DNA from: Sphyrna mokarran
Lineage: Eukaryota
Direction: 5' to 3'
Length of the DNA: 64,000 nucleotides
Assembly: GCA_024679065.1 (NCBI GenBank)
Contig: JAGIQG010000025.1
Location: 10,292,001 to 10,356,000, forward strand
The position numbers and the translations under genes were made by a program. A model generated the notes under the pieces. The model ran no database searches. It saw only the letters and a program-made list of their open reading frames with translations, and was not told where the DNA came from. Positions within the stretch are counted from its first letter, which is position 1, and the number at the start of each line of letters is the position of its first letter. Shown here piece after piece: positions 1-11,628 of this stretch.

Positions 1-231
1 GTTTTTTTCTCTTTTAACTCTGCAAAACTCTGATATGGATTTGGCTGAATCTGGAATTTGAGTGCGACTAACATTAATTATGGATTTTTAAATGTACATG
101 TTTATCCAATTTGGAGTTTAGAGACTTGAAATTAAGATCCAGAAATTTCAAATTCACATTTACACCTGAATCTAACTATTCCTCTTGACCAATGTTAATT
201 TTCTTATGTAACAAGGTAAAATCCGGTTCTC

Positions 232-1010
232 AAAGTAAATAACAGGAAATACTGGAAAGGTCTAGCAGCATCTATGGAGAGAGAAATGGAGTTAATGTTT
301 CAAGTCCATTTGAATTCTTCATAGCTGAAGAGAGGTAGAAATTTGATAGATTTTATATTGTTGAAGAGAGGGAATGGAGCAAAATAGAGTGAGCTCAAAT
401 GAGATCTGATTAAGATATCATGGACACAAGACAAAGGAAATGTTAATGGTAGTATTAAAGACTAAAGAACGTGCAAATAGTGGCATAAACATTCTGCCAG
501 TAACACATTCTGCTATCTTGTAAGGGTCAGTGCTCTATGAAAGCAGGTTGGGGGATTTGTTTTTTTAACGATTGAAATGGAAGTGATAGTTTATGGGTTG
601 AAGTTATTGAACTTATCTTAATTCCAGCATCTATAAAATGCCTAAATGGAAGATGAGTTCTGTTCCAACAGTTTGCTTGGACTTCATTAGAACATTTGCA
701 GCAGGCTAAGACTGGGAATGTGGGCATCAGAGAAAGATGGTGAGTTGAAATGGCAAGCAACAGGAAGGCCAGGATCGTGCTTGCAGACTAAATGAATATG
801 CTCCGCAAAAATGGTCACCTAGTCTCTGTTTAATTTCTCCAGTATAGAGGAGAACACATTGTGAGCAGAGAATACAGTAAATTAAATTGAAGGAGTGTAT
901 GTGAAACACTTTTTCACCTGAAAAGAGTGTTTGAGATCTTGGATGATGAAGAGGAAGGAGATAAAGGGGCAGGTGTTAACATCTTCTCCGATTGGGAAGG
1001 TACTATGGGA
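232..1010 (-). mobile_element. Penelope-like retroelement 3' fragment (degraded GIY-YIG endonuclease and tail)
   Basis: Three overlapping minus-strand ORF pieces read NTCPFIS..IQDLKHSFQVKKCFT / NLIYCILCSQCVLLYTGEIKQRLGDHF / CSNEVQ. These match the Penelope GIY-YIG region (N-L-I-Y-C-x2-C-x2-C-x3-Y-x-G-E-T-K), broken by frameshifts. Confidence 0.8.
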
Positions 1011-1019
1011 AAAGGGACG

Positions 1020-1133
1020 ATTGTGGGGAGGGGGAAGCGGTGCTGGGCCTGGGTAAGATTCTCTTTTGGAGAGTTGGTATAGATTCAATGGCTGAATGGT
1101 CTCCTTCTGCATTGTGGGATTCTATGATTCTAG
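1020..1133 (+). mobile_element. HE1-type V-SINE 3' fragment (CR1/HER1 tail)
   Basis: gggcctgggtaagattctc...gctgaatggtctccttctgcattgtgggattctatg matches the tails of the full copies at 32337 and 42545. Confidence 0.75.
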
Positions 1134-2599
1134 AAATCAAAATAATCCTTTGCTCACTGGGTAAGTACAGTGTGTGTTGCATTGAACTGTATGGACTAGA
1201 GCGTTCCAGATATGATACTACTTTTCTGCTGCATGAGGCAATCTTAAGTGAGAAAGTTGTATTGTTTTCCAATCTCTGCTCTCATCAATATGTTTAGGGC
1301 TTCTCTGTGTAATGTGTTATAAAATAAAGCCTGTTCTCCCTGCTGGCAGAAACGACAGGTGCCAGAAAGGATATCATTTGTGATGCTACACTGCAACAAA
1401 CAAATTATTTTCCAGTAGTAGATTTTTGGCTTGTGAACAAATTTATATAGTTAATTTAATTATTTTTTAAAAAGTATAGCTGCAGCCTTTTCTAAAATAT
1501 TTAGGATGGAAATGTTTCAGCTTTAACAGGGTATAGAATTATAATTATCATTCCATTTGAGAAAAAAACTAATCGGAAGTGCCTGAGCAGTAAATTAACT
1601 TTTTGAAATTTAGTGATTTTAAGAAATTGGGATATTATTTTTGATTGGATTGTATGACTCTGACAATAGGAAAAAAATGAAGAAACTTTTTTTCTTCAGT
1701 GCTGGGCTCATGAACAGTATCATTTTTTTTTTTGAAGCAGTGTCTGTGTGTTATTCATCACCGGAGCTTGTTTCATGTGAAAGGTTCCACACTAAAGCTT
1801 TCTTTCCGTCTGCCTTAGTAGCTGGTGGCATTTCTGCAAGACTGAGTTTCGAGAGCTGATGGCCCTGGTCACCAGGGGTACTGCTCTGTCGCGGTGATTA
1901 GAGATAATTGGGGCCAAAGTAATGAATTACTTCATAATGTTGTTTGTTATCTATGCTTCAGTGTATTGTGTGTGATCTGAAGGAGGAGCCTCGCAGTGGG
2001 AGGTTGGGAAATCGTATCAGTTCACAAGAATAGATACTCATCTTCTCTGCATCATGTCTTTATTTCATCTTCTTCTCCTGCCCATAACTCTTCCCTCCTG
2101 CCCTTGCCTCCCACCTCCCTCACCACACATACACAACATCTTTGCAAACAGGTGTTGATTGTCTCTTAAGAACTCAAATTATTTTTACATTTTATGAAAA
2201 AAGATTAGAAGGAACTAGAAATATTAAATAATTCAACTGAAGATTCCTCTTTAACGCACTGATCACACATTAAGTTCTCCTGTGTAATCTTTTGTTCAGT
2301 CTTAGAGCTTGTCTGTAATTCGTAGATCATTTCATACTAGTTTGTTCCCAGCACAGCAGTGAACCTTGAGGGGAAATTGATGAGCAGTGTGTGGCTTTTA
2401 AAGCAGGGCTTAATTTGACAGCTGGAAATGGCACATGCCGAACAATTAGTCAAAACCACAAAAAAATATAGTAGCCCAGTGAGATTGGGTGGTTAGAGTT
2501 CTACGAAGTGCGGCAAGGTGGGCAAACAAATAACTAGATGCAGTAAAGAGAATGTCAAACCTATGTGCACACTAACTTCAATGTCTTTGTAAAATAAAG

Positions 2600-2850
2600 A
2601 ATTCAGCAGAAATCCTTTTATCCAGAGAACGGTTAGAATTTAGAACGTGCCATCAGGAGGAGAATGTGAAGTGAACGGCATTGGTGCATTTAATGGAGAG
2701 CTTTGTTAGTACATGAGGGAGAAAGGAATAGAAGAATATGTGGATGGAATTAGATGAAATAAAATGGGCGAAGATTTGTATGGATCCTAAGCACTGATAC
2801 AGATCAGATGTTTTGAATAGTCTGTTTTTCTTCTACAAATTCCATTTAAT
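2600..2850 (+). mobile_element. CR1 LINE 3' end fragment
   Basis: ttttatccagagaacggttagaatttagaac...tacatgagggagaaaggaatagaag resembles a degraded CR1 ORF2 C-terminus/3' UTR. Confidence 0.6.
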
Positions 2851-3250
2851 AATTTTTTTTTGTGTGGGTTGAGATTGTGTCCTCCAGTTAGTAGCTGTAC
2901 TCTAAAATGAGCAGCAGCAAGCAATGATATATAATGTGGAGTGCAGAGATTGTTTTTCTTTGTATTAACTTGGGGATATTTTTTGGTTGAATTGACACTT
3001 CAATGTTAGTGGTAAAAATGATAAATGTTTATGTAATTCCTCCGCTGATGGAGACAGTAATATTATTTAAAAAGGGACGCATCTGAACTTTTCTTTACCG
3101 ACGAACACTTTCTTCATCTCCTATTGAGTTGCAGAAGCATTGTGAGGCACATTTTATTATAAAGAATTTTATTTACAACTAGCAGGACTATATTATGGAT
3201 GTTGGTTTAACATTTCCCAAATAATCATTGATTTTCTTTTATAATGATAG

Positions 3251-3321
3251 GCACATGGCATTCCTGTTCCTGTCACTCCCAAAAGCCCTTGGAGTATGGA
3301 CGCTAACATCATGCATATCAG
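3251..3321 (+). CDS. ASS1: Argininosuccinate synthase coding exon (71 nt), [24 protein letters not shown]
   Basis: atgatag|GCA acceptor and CAG|gtaagc donor. Contains the PWSMDxNxxHIS motif. Same length and phase as the equivalent human exon. Confidence 0.97.
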
Positions 3322-3454
3322 GTAAGCAGTTGAGCAAATTGAGAGTTCACAGCAGGCCCATCTATATCTGAAAGAGAAAATATAATTATGGAGGCCCTTT
3401 GTTGGATCCCGTTTAATGATGGATTCTGCTAAACATGCAACAATTCTTTTCCTT

Positions 3455-3520
3455 TTCAAATACTGACAGACCAGCTGTATATTTCCAACAATTTTTTGTT
3501 CTTTCCAGATTTCCAACATT
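3455..3520 (+). repeat. Short Penelope-type tail fragment
   Basis: tactgacagaccagctgtatatttccaaca...cagatttccaaca is similar to the reverse complement of the element end at ~235-275. Confidence 0.45.
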
Positions 3521-3628
3521 CATTTTTATTTTAATCTCTACTCAGTAATGTACTTGTTTCAAATACTTGCCATCGTAATATGGTCTGGTTCTTGTTGTTT
3601 ATTTGCTTTTTTAAATATTTTCCCACAG

Positions 3629-3659
3629 CTATGAGTCTGGGATCCTGGAAAACCCCAAG
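3629..3659 (+). CDS. ASS1: Argininosuccinate synthase coding exon (31 nt), (S)YESGILENPK
   Basis: cccacag|CT acceptor and AAG|gtaata donor. Continues the frame of the previous exon into SYExGxLE. Confidence 0.96.
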
Positions 3660-6600
3660 GTAATATTTCATGACATTGAAATACTCTCAAATATGCTGTT
3701 AAGCTTATAATGTGTTATGTGTGTGACCCATAATTTGAAATTTCATGGGGGTAGGGGGAATGGCAAGGCCAAGCCCTGGTAGTATTATCATCTGTGTTTT
3801 AAAGCTTTTTATTGCTACCAAGATCAATGGGGAGGGAAACATTCTATGTGACATTGTACAATACAATGTCACATCGAAACAATAAAGAAGCAATTAGACA
3901 GATGAGCCACATTCACAGAGGAGCGCTTCAAAGTTGGCAGCTTGCAGCAGTGGTTTCTCTCAATGTGAAATGTAGGGTCTTGTTTGATCGAAGGTCATGA
4001 ACTAATACAATTTTCGAAGCAGTAGCAACCAATAGGCTGGCTTTCCCATTGCCATTAGCCATTTTCATGTCTTCACTATAAGCTTTTATCTGGTTTTACT
4101 AGCATGTTTACTCATTTATATTAAAGAGGGGGAAGCAACTGATGGGTTTTATATAATTTGGAGGAAAATACAATTTGCTTTAATGAAACTTTGGTTGAAA
4201 AATTTACAGTGTTAAATCTGACATTGTATTTTTAGTCACTAAACATTTAAGGATAGTTTTTACATCCCACTTTGAGTGATGTACTTTGACTCTGTGCAGC
4301 CACACTTCAAAAATTAATGGAAAACACTTGGTTTAAGAAGTGTGTTTTTGTGTATATACACATGAGCAACCTGGAATTTATTACAGGACGTTGAATGCTT
4401 CTCCGAGTTGAGGTGATGGCACAAAGCACAGGCGTGAAACTTGAATGGTTTAACGTCATTCCAACCTTGAGATGTTTTCAAGACATATCAGACTGCAATA
4501 GCCTCTAATATAGGGAAAATTACTGATTTTCACTTTTTTGTGCTGGTGACAGTTGTCAGGCTTCTTTTGTGCAATATGATTTGATGAAAAGGTAGTATCA
4601 GCATTTTACTGATTTTAATGCTTTAGTGATATGAAAACATCCATTGCAATAGAGTGAAATTTTACTTTAATAGTAACCTTCGAATATCTTCTTCTGTTAT
4701 TTTAGCTGAAGCGTTAATCCATTGAGGAATTTAAGGATGCTGACATGATAGAGATCAAGTAGCCAAGCTATTATATTCCCAAAGCATTCCTGAATTGATT
4801 ACCGTCCAGATCCCTGTCTCCCTGGCCATGTCTGGGTACACCCCCCATCACCATGGTAGTGCTGCCACCCTGCCCATGCACCCCCCAAAAGACTGCCCTC
4901 CTCGCCCCAGAAATCTGGCACTGGGAGACGTGCGGATGCCCAGATGCTCAGTACGAATCGGCCGCTACTAGAGTCTCCTGGCTCGCTATGTTAAAAAGCA
5001 ATGCAGAAGGATGGGAGAATCGCTCCTGTTCTGTTCCTTCCAGTTAAGTGCCATCAAGTGAAAGATCATGGGCTCTATTTTTAACCAAATCAGGATGACT
5101 TGGGAGCTAGAACTCGATTCTGGGTTTCTTGACCCCTTTTGAGTGCTTCTTATTTTCAGAAGTGCATTTTGAGGGTGCAAGCTAATTCCAGGTTATGAAC
5201 TTGTGCTCTGTATTGCAAGAATAGGCTTGTCCTAGCTTACTTCAATTTTCATGGAGTGAGACCAGCTTTTCAAAGAGTTCTGGTTCATAGCACATTGTGA
5301 ACCAAAGCCTGCATATGTGGATCTTTTGAAAATTAAGTTCAAAAGGCTCTCCTGATTTCAACACTCATCCCCCACCATGCGAAGCCTCATTATGCATTTT
5401 TGGCTGACAATGCAGAAATCCATTAGCCTGTTGAAACACCTGAGCCCAGGGAAAAAAGTGCTTGATTGATAGCTCCAGCTTTCTGATCTATGCTGTCAAC
5501 TTCACAATGTTTATTTACACAACATATGGCGGTTTCAACTGCTTACAGTTTCTGCTATTGATAAAAATCTGGAGGTTGTAGGTCAAGCCGGAAATTTTTC
5601 TCATTCCTAATACCTGCCTCAAGGATGAAAATCCAGCCCTACATTACACAAACAGGCTATTTGACCCTAATAGCTTATGATGATGGTGTTTGTACAAGCC
5701 TCCTCTCACCCTTCTTCATATAACCTTATGATGCACTTCTATACCTTTGTGCTTAATGTAATTCATTAGCTTCCGCTAAAATGGGTCTTTTCCAAGCATC
5801 TCATCTGCTCTTTGTGACAGTGTGGTGTCACTTTCTTAACATTCTTTGAGTAAAAATGCAATATGCAAATCTGTCTCCAGTGTGCTTTGCAAGTGCCAGG
5901 TTCCAATATTACAGCAGTGAATATTGGGGTATCTAAGTGCTCTGCTATGGAGAGGTGGAACAGTTAATTCACATATTTAAATCTGACTCCAACTGTACAA
6001 CTGGGGACCTGGTTTGAAATTTACTACCATTTCACAGATTCCAAGGGATTGTGAAATTTTGCAGCGAAATTGAGGTAGGAACTGCTGGGTCCCCAAGTAA
6101 AAAAAAATGTTTCAACACTCCTTGTGTGCCAGGAGGAGCAGGAATACTCCCTGGGCCCTTCAGTGGAAGCATTCAGATTCCCCTAGCTCTGCTGACCTGA
6201 AGGAAGGTTGGATTTAGGATAGTACACAATATGGTCAACACTCAGAACTGCATGATCAATATATACCTGAAGCAAGAGGGCTGAGGAACAAAAGAAACCA
6301 ATCCTCTGGCTACTTCAGTATACTTGATACAGGCTTACTGCTACTGTCATGGTACCAGATTACTTGCCCGAGAGAGAATTCAATTTCTAGTCATCTTCTG
6401 ATGTTGAAGTTGGGTACAAGGTTGGGCAGAGAATGAATGCAGCTCTGCAAGAATTTTTTTTTATTTGAAGTTATTTGCAACTTAGCTTCAACTAGTAGTT
6501 GCTAGGAATACTGAAGATTCCATTGTGAGATGAGCACTGACTCCTGTGTTGCCAGTGAGTTCTGAAAAGGACCCTCAACACAGTTTGAAACACTTTTTTT

Positions 6601-8524
6601 ACATCTTCCAATGGGTCCCACACATTTAACAGTGCAAGTGGTGCTTGTGCAGTTTGGGCACAGCTAATCCCATTGTTAAGTTGGTATGTATTATGGCTGA
6701 AAAGCATATGTAATGCATATAATTGCCGATATTTTACAACCTTCCACAGATGAGACTCATAAAATCCCGCCCGAGGCCAATGGAAAATCCTGTTCTGCGA
6801 GCCTTGCCCGCCCCAAATCTGGGGTGGGTATGCTGGTAAAATTCCAGCTAACTTTTGTACCCAAATGTATAACAATCTAGGCCTCGCTGGAATGGGAAAT
6901 CGATAAACAGTAACTGATTCAGTGTCTTGTGCAGTAGTTCAATATCATTTAATCCTGTTGTGCGATCAATAGGTAATCTGAATTTGTTATAACAAAAATA
7001 ATTGTAAAATTTAAACAGTTTTCCAAAGCACACCCTATATGTATATAATTACATTTTTTTTATCTTTCTGCAACTCCTACCAAGCCATTTCTTTCCATGT
7101 GAGAGTTAATGGTTGTTAACTGCAAAAAGTGCAACAGCTCATGTCCTGGAAACCTTTTTTGCTAGCTTGGATTTTTTAATCTAGATTAAAAATAATTCAG
7201 TTATACATTTAGAAGAGTTCTAATTAATGCATGTCCTACAAATACAAATTAGCACAATTATGCCCCTGTTTAATGGAAGAAACTGCTACTCTTATTGCAT
7301 TTGCCTACTTTGCTTGAAGGTCTAGTGATTCTTGTAAAACTTATTGGGGTTAAGCAGTGCAACTAAATTGTTTATACTTTTATCAACTGAGTTGTAATTT
7401 GTCCTAAAATTAAAGTTTATTTTGATAAACTTCTTTGGTCAGGCCTATTTACTTTGCAATGGCATTTTAGGCATACCCAGAAGGCTTGGTGGTGGGGGCG
7501 TTGGAGGGGGAACTGTTCTGAATGTGTGCAGTGGCGCAACAAGAACATTTGGCTACAGAGAATTGAAAGCAGATGGTATAACCATTTTCTGCTTTTGTGA
7601 GGCTGATTGAAGGGCAATGAGGCAGCTAATGCAGAAAAAGATAGAAATTTACTTGCTTTAACTTCATGCAGCACCCTGAAAGACTTCATTCAGGCCAAGC
7701 TCAACAATATCAGGCGATTGAATAAATGTTATCAGCATCGATAGCTCTACATGATGGTTTAGTTCACGGCCCATTTGCCTCCAATTTCTTCTCTTCACCC
7801 CTTTCTGGGTAGACTTTCTTCAGATTCTCTGAGGCTGACATTGCAGTCTGGCCTCCTACAGCGAGGGCTAAATGGAACTCAGTGATACAGTGTACAAAAC
7901 GATTTGTTTTTTTTTGAACTATAGCAAGCAGAACACTGAACAATCAAGGAAAGCTGATCGAGCGGTGGTATATTTTCATTTAAGAAGTAGTTGAGGTCAG
8001 ATTCAAATTGGAGGCGATCTGAATTTTTCTTTCAATGTTTGGTAAAGAGGAAAAAATAATTTAAGTAAACTTTCTATATGCAGGAAGAGACTGGTTATTG
8101 TGTTTAAATAAAATAAAAAGTATGACTAATATGTTTCAATTTAATATGTTCGCATCAGTGCTCTTTAATTTGTTTTTCTTGGCACGGTACACGGTAGCAT
8201 TAACTCCATAGTTAGTAGAGAAGGTTACTGATAATAATTAGGTGACAATCATAAAATGTCGGAGATTAGAAAATTAAATTTGTCTGATAAATTGATTAAG
8301 TAAATTATTTTACCACCTAGGTTTTATTCCCATTCTGTATTATTAAAACATTAGTTACAAATTGTTGCATAGTAAATCTCTTAATTTATAAAACCATGTA
8401 AATCCAATGGAAATCACAGATGGCCTAAAGAATTGTGATAAACTTTCACAAATTTGGGATATTTGAACAAGATATAATTTACCTGCTTAGTCCCTGACTC
8501 TTTAAATAGTCATACAGTTGTGGG

Positions 8525-8705
8525 GGGATGAGTTGTCTCTTGAGCCTCCTTGCAGCATGTTTCTTGTGGTGTGCCGTTCACTATCAGGATTTTCTGGTCC
8601 TGCCATTGTCAATGGGATTTCCCATTGGCTGCACCCCACGCCGCTAGGAAACCCACAGTGGGACCAGAAAATCCCGCTGGCTTGAACATTTGGACAATTC
8701 CAGTC
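8525..8705. mobile_element. ~180-bp palindromic MITE (family also at 21461-21655 and 55303-55513)
   Basis: Internal arms ggattttctggtcc...ggaccagaaaatcc and central aatgggatttcccatt palindrome. Related copies occur elsewhere in the window. Confidence 0.65.
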
Positions 8706-9964
8706 ATATTTATTATACAACATTTACTAAAATTACTTTTCTCCCTTCTATCTCTTGTTCACTATCTGCCTTACACCAACACAAATGATGGCACTATGTT
8801 GCTAAACTGAGCAGGCATGCTGAAGATTTTATAATTGTGCAACGTACTGAAATTGGCATACTGTTTGAAATGTCAACAATTGGAAAAGTGAGTATCTCAG
8901 AAGAAAAAAAATCCAATTATAGTGACAAATTGCACAGTAGAACTGGACTTTTGAGTATAATGTAGCATCATGGGTCTTGCAGCTAAAAGATATTTTTCAG
9001 GGCATAATTTGGGAGCACTTCCTCATTTATTTGGTGTTAAGTAGTGGAATATAATGTCTCTGCCATTCAGAGACAAGTTTGAAGGCATAGAGGCCTTTGT
9101 AATTGGACAGGATTGCAGGTGGAGATCTTGCCACCTTCCCAGCTCTTGATCAAATGCCAGGTGTGAAGGATGGAGGCCTTCACAACTGGAGGCTAACTGA
9201 GATGCTTAAGTAACCCTTTAAGGGCCTTATCCTACAACTACTGGAATTTACCATGTGGGTTAAAAACAAAGCAAATTCTGCAGGATTGGCTTGCACCTGA
9301 TGGGGAGGGAGAAAGTGTCTCATTCTCGGGCATTACATGCTCAATCAAGAGGCTTGGCTTTGGGAGAGGGAGACACAGAAAATCCTCCTCTGTTCTCGTT
9401 GTTGACCTCCCTGGGTCCCCCATCTCTCTCCATTTATATGTCTCCCGTGATCAAAGACTTGCTTGTGGAGAGTTGTGAGCATAATTCTCTGCTCCTTACA
9501 TTTTTTAATTTCTTTATTGAAAGAAAGATTTTTACTTGTTTTTTTGATGGATTGCCATTTAATGCTGTTAGCAGAGGGTGTCCCATAATGGAAACCTTTT
9601 TTAAGCAGTATATTTGCAAAGGATTATGATTGATGCTCGGTTTGTAAGTGCCAAGGATGTAGTTGGAGTGCTAGCTTGCAAAAGTTTCTGAGTCTACCAG
9701 TATAAAATGGAATTGAACTAAAATGCCAGCCTTCAAACAGTATCACCTCCCTGTTATGTCTTCATAGCAATTTGGCTTTCAAAGCAGTACATGTCACTCT
9801 AACTTGAAACTTCAGATTGCACCTTATTTGCTGCAGTGCTAGATTCTATTAAAGTATTTCTGAAAACGTAGTTTAATTACATGGATTAGTTGGGGCAGAT
9901 TTTTTTTAGTTCTATCAGGGACAGGAACTAAGGTAGGCAGCAGATGAAAATGCCAGTGCCAGTC

Positions 9965-10560
9965 TCCCAGTGCCACTCCTGGTACGTTTCACCAGGGAGG
10001 CAGGAGGGTGACCAATGATGTTGCCCATGTGGTTATCAAAGCACCCAGTGACCAGCCAATGAGATTCATTAACAAGAAAGGTTTCCAATTGCTCAATGTT
10101 CAACTGGTTTACAAACTTAACAGGAGATTCCTGCAAATATGTTCTCACTTTTCTGGCAACTGCCTTGATTCGGTCAGGCTCCAGCAGTTTAGATTGCTGC
10201 AGTTCTTTATCCAACCCCAAATTATGCAGATGAATTCTAAGGGATGAGGGCTAGGCGTTAACCTTGGGTTACTCTTGAAGAGATGTCTACCCACTCCTCT
10301 ACCAGAACCTGACCAAGAGATTACAGCTGCAGCCATCTACTCAGTAGGACAATTGCTGAGCAGGTCAGTAGATTTTGAAGATGCAGTTTTATTGCCTGAA
10401 CTGGCAAGGTAACTTCCTGCAACATCTTCCCGCAAAGGTCTTGTGGTGGTTTTCTGCTGTTCAATTCATGACATGGCTGTCCAGAGAGGTGTGGACCTTG
10501 AAAGATGGTGTGACCTGGATGGAGACAGTTCATTGGAGAATGAATGAAATATGAAAGAAG
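9965..10560 (+). pseudogene. Degraded PIF/Harbinger (HARBI1-like) DDE transposase fragment
   Basis: ORF 10008-10247 AHVVIKAPSDQPMRFINKKGFQLLNVQLV...FSGNCLDS matches the Harbinger D-x-T-H-V-x-I-x-x-P..N-R-K-G-x-x-S-x-N-V-Q..P-G-x-x-H-D motifs. Downstream frameshifted remnants resemble the GDxGY and LKxRF regions. Confidence 0.85.
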
Positions 10561-11267
10561 ATAAGGAGGAGGAAAGTGCAGAACAGAAGTCCTCCAGCAG
10601 TACAAGTAGTTGGCCAGAGCCTGTGTAGGTCTCCAGGTGTCAGAAAGGCATTTATTTCAGGAATTATCTGATCCATGCCTGTTTCTGGTGACCTCCTCTG
10701 ACCCAAGAAGATTTGCATGGTATCAAACTTAATTGAAGCTGCCTATGAGAATGCTGCTATTAAAGATGTAGCCTGTAACAGCTCTACTCTTCACCACCAA
10801 TGAAGGATGCATATTTGCCAAAATGTTTCATTGCTACAGTTCACAGCATGCTCCATTCAAGATTTTTTCCCTCTTTTTCTGTATGGCCATTAACTAAAGA
10901 AGGTCCAAATGTCTAGTTTCATCAATCAATTTATTTGTGTGATCCACACCCCAGTGGTCCACTCTTTGGGGATGCTGTCCCCAAAACAGTCACTGGTTCT
11001 CAGTGACTTCCAAGCTATGGAGGAGGCAGAGAGATCTGTTAATTGCCTGATGTTGGCAGAAATGCACACGGTAATCATTCTCGTCATGGAGATGCCAATG
11101 GGGGGCATCACCAGAGGCTGCTACACCACTGTCATTGCAGAGGCAGCCTTTGTCACTGGACTTGCTACACAAATTCTCCTTCAGGCAGAATGGCTAAGCA
11201 AGCTGCCGATGATAATTGTGACCTGTGTGGGTGATTGCCTCAGCCCTTGGATGGCACTCCAGATTCT

Positions 11268-11628
11268 GTCATGATAATATCACTGGATGAGTAGCAGCTA
11301 CTGCTCTGGGTGCAGGGTTCAAATACCACCCTGCAGAATCTGGTGAAAATGAATAAATCTGGAACTATAAGGCTGTAATCTTGGTGATGGTGACCATGAA
11401 AGCTATCATTGATTGTTCTAAAAATCAAAGTGGTTCTCTAATGCCTTTTTAAAAAGGAATCTGCCATCTTTATCCAGTCGAGTTTACACACGACTCCAGA
11501 TATACAAACTATGTGGTTGATTCTTAATTGCCGTCTGAAATGGCAAGCTGCTCAGTTCAAGGGCAATTAGGGATGGGCAATAAATGCTGGCCTTGCTAGC
11601 AATACTTACATCCCCTGAAAAAAAATAA
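11268..11628 (+). mobile_element. tRNA-derived SINE with LINE-derived GGGATGGGCAATAAATGCTGG tail
   Basis: B-box-like gggttcaaatacc, body aaatctggaa...gaccatgaaa...gactccaga, A-rich end. Second copy at 59149-59459. Confidence 0.8.

Noticed and set aside
3296-3309. DAN instead of human DEN in the PWSMDxN motif
   Set aside because: Ala at this position is common in non-mammalian ASS enzymes, so it is not a sign of inactivation.
7607-7744. ~45-codon open stretch (AANAEKDRNLLAL...) in unique sequence
   Set aside because: No start codon or convincing splice sites, and no place in the ASS1 protein, whose exons here are contiguous. More likely non-coding.
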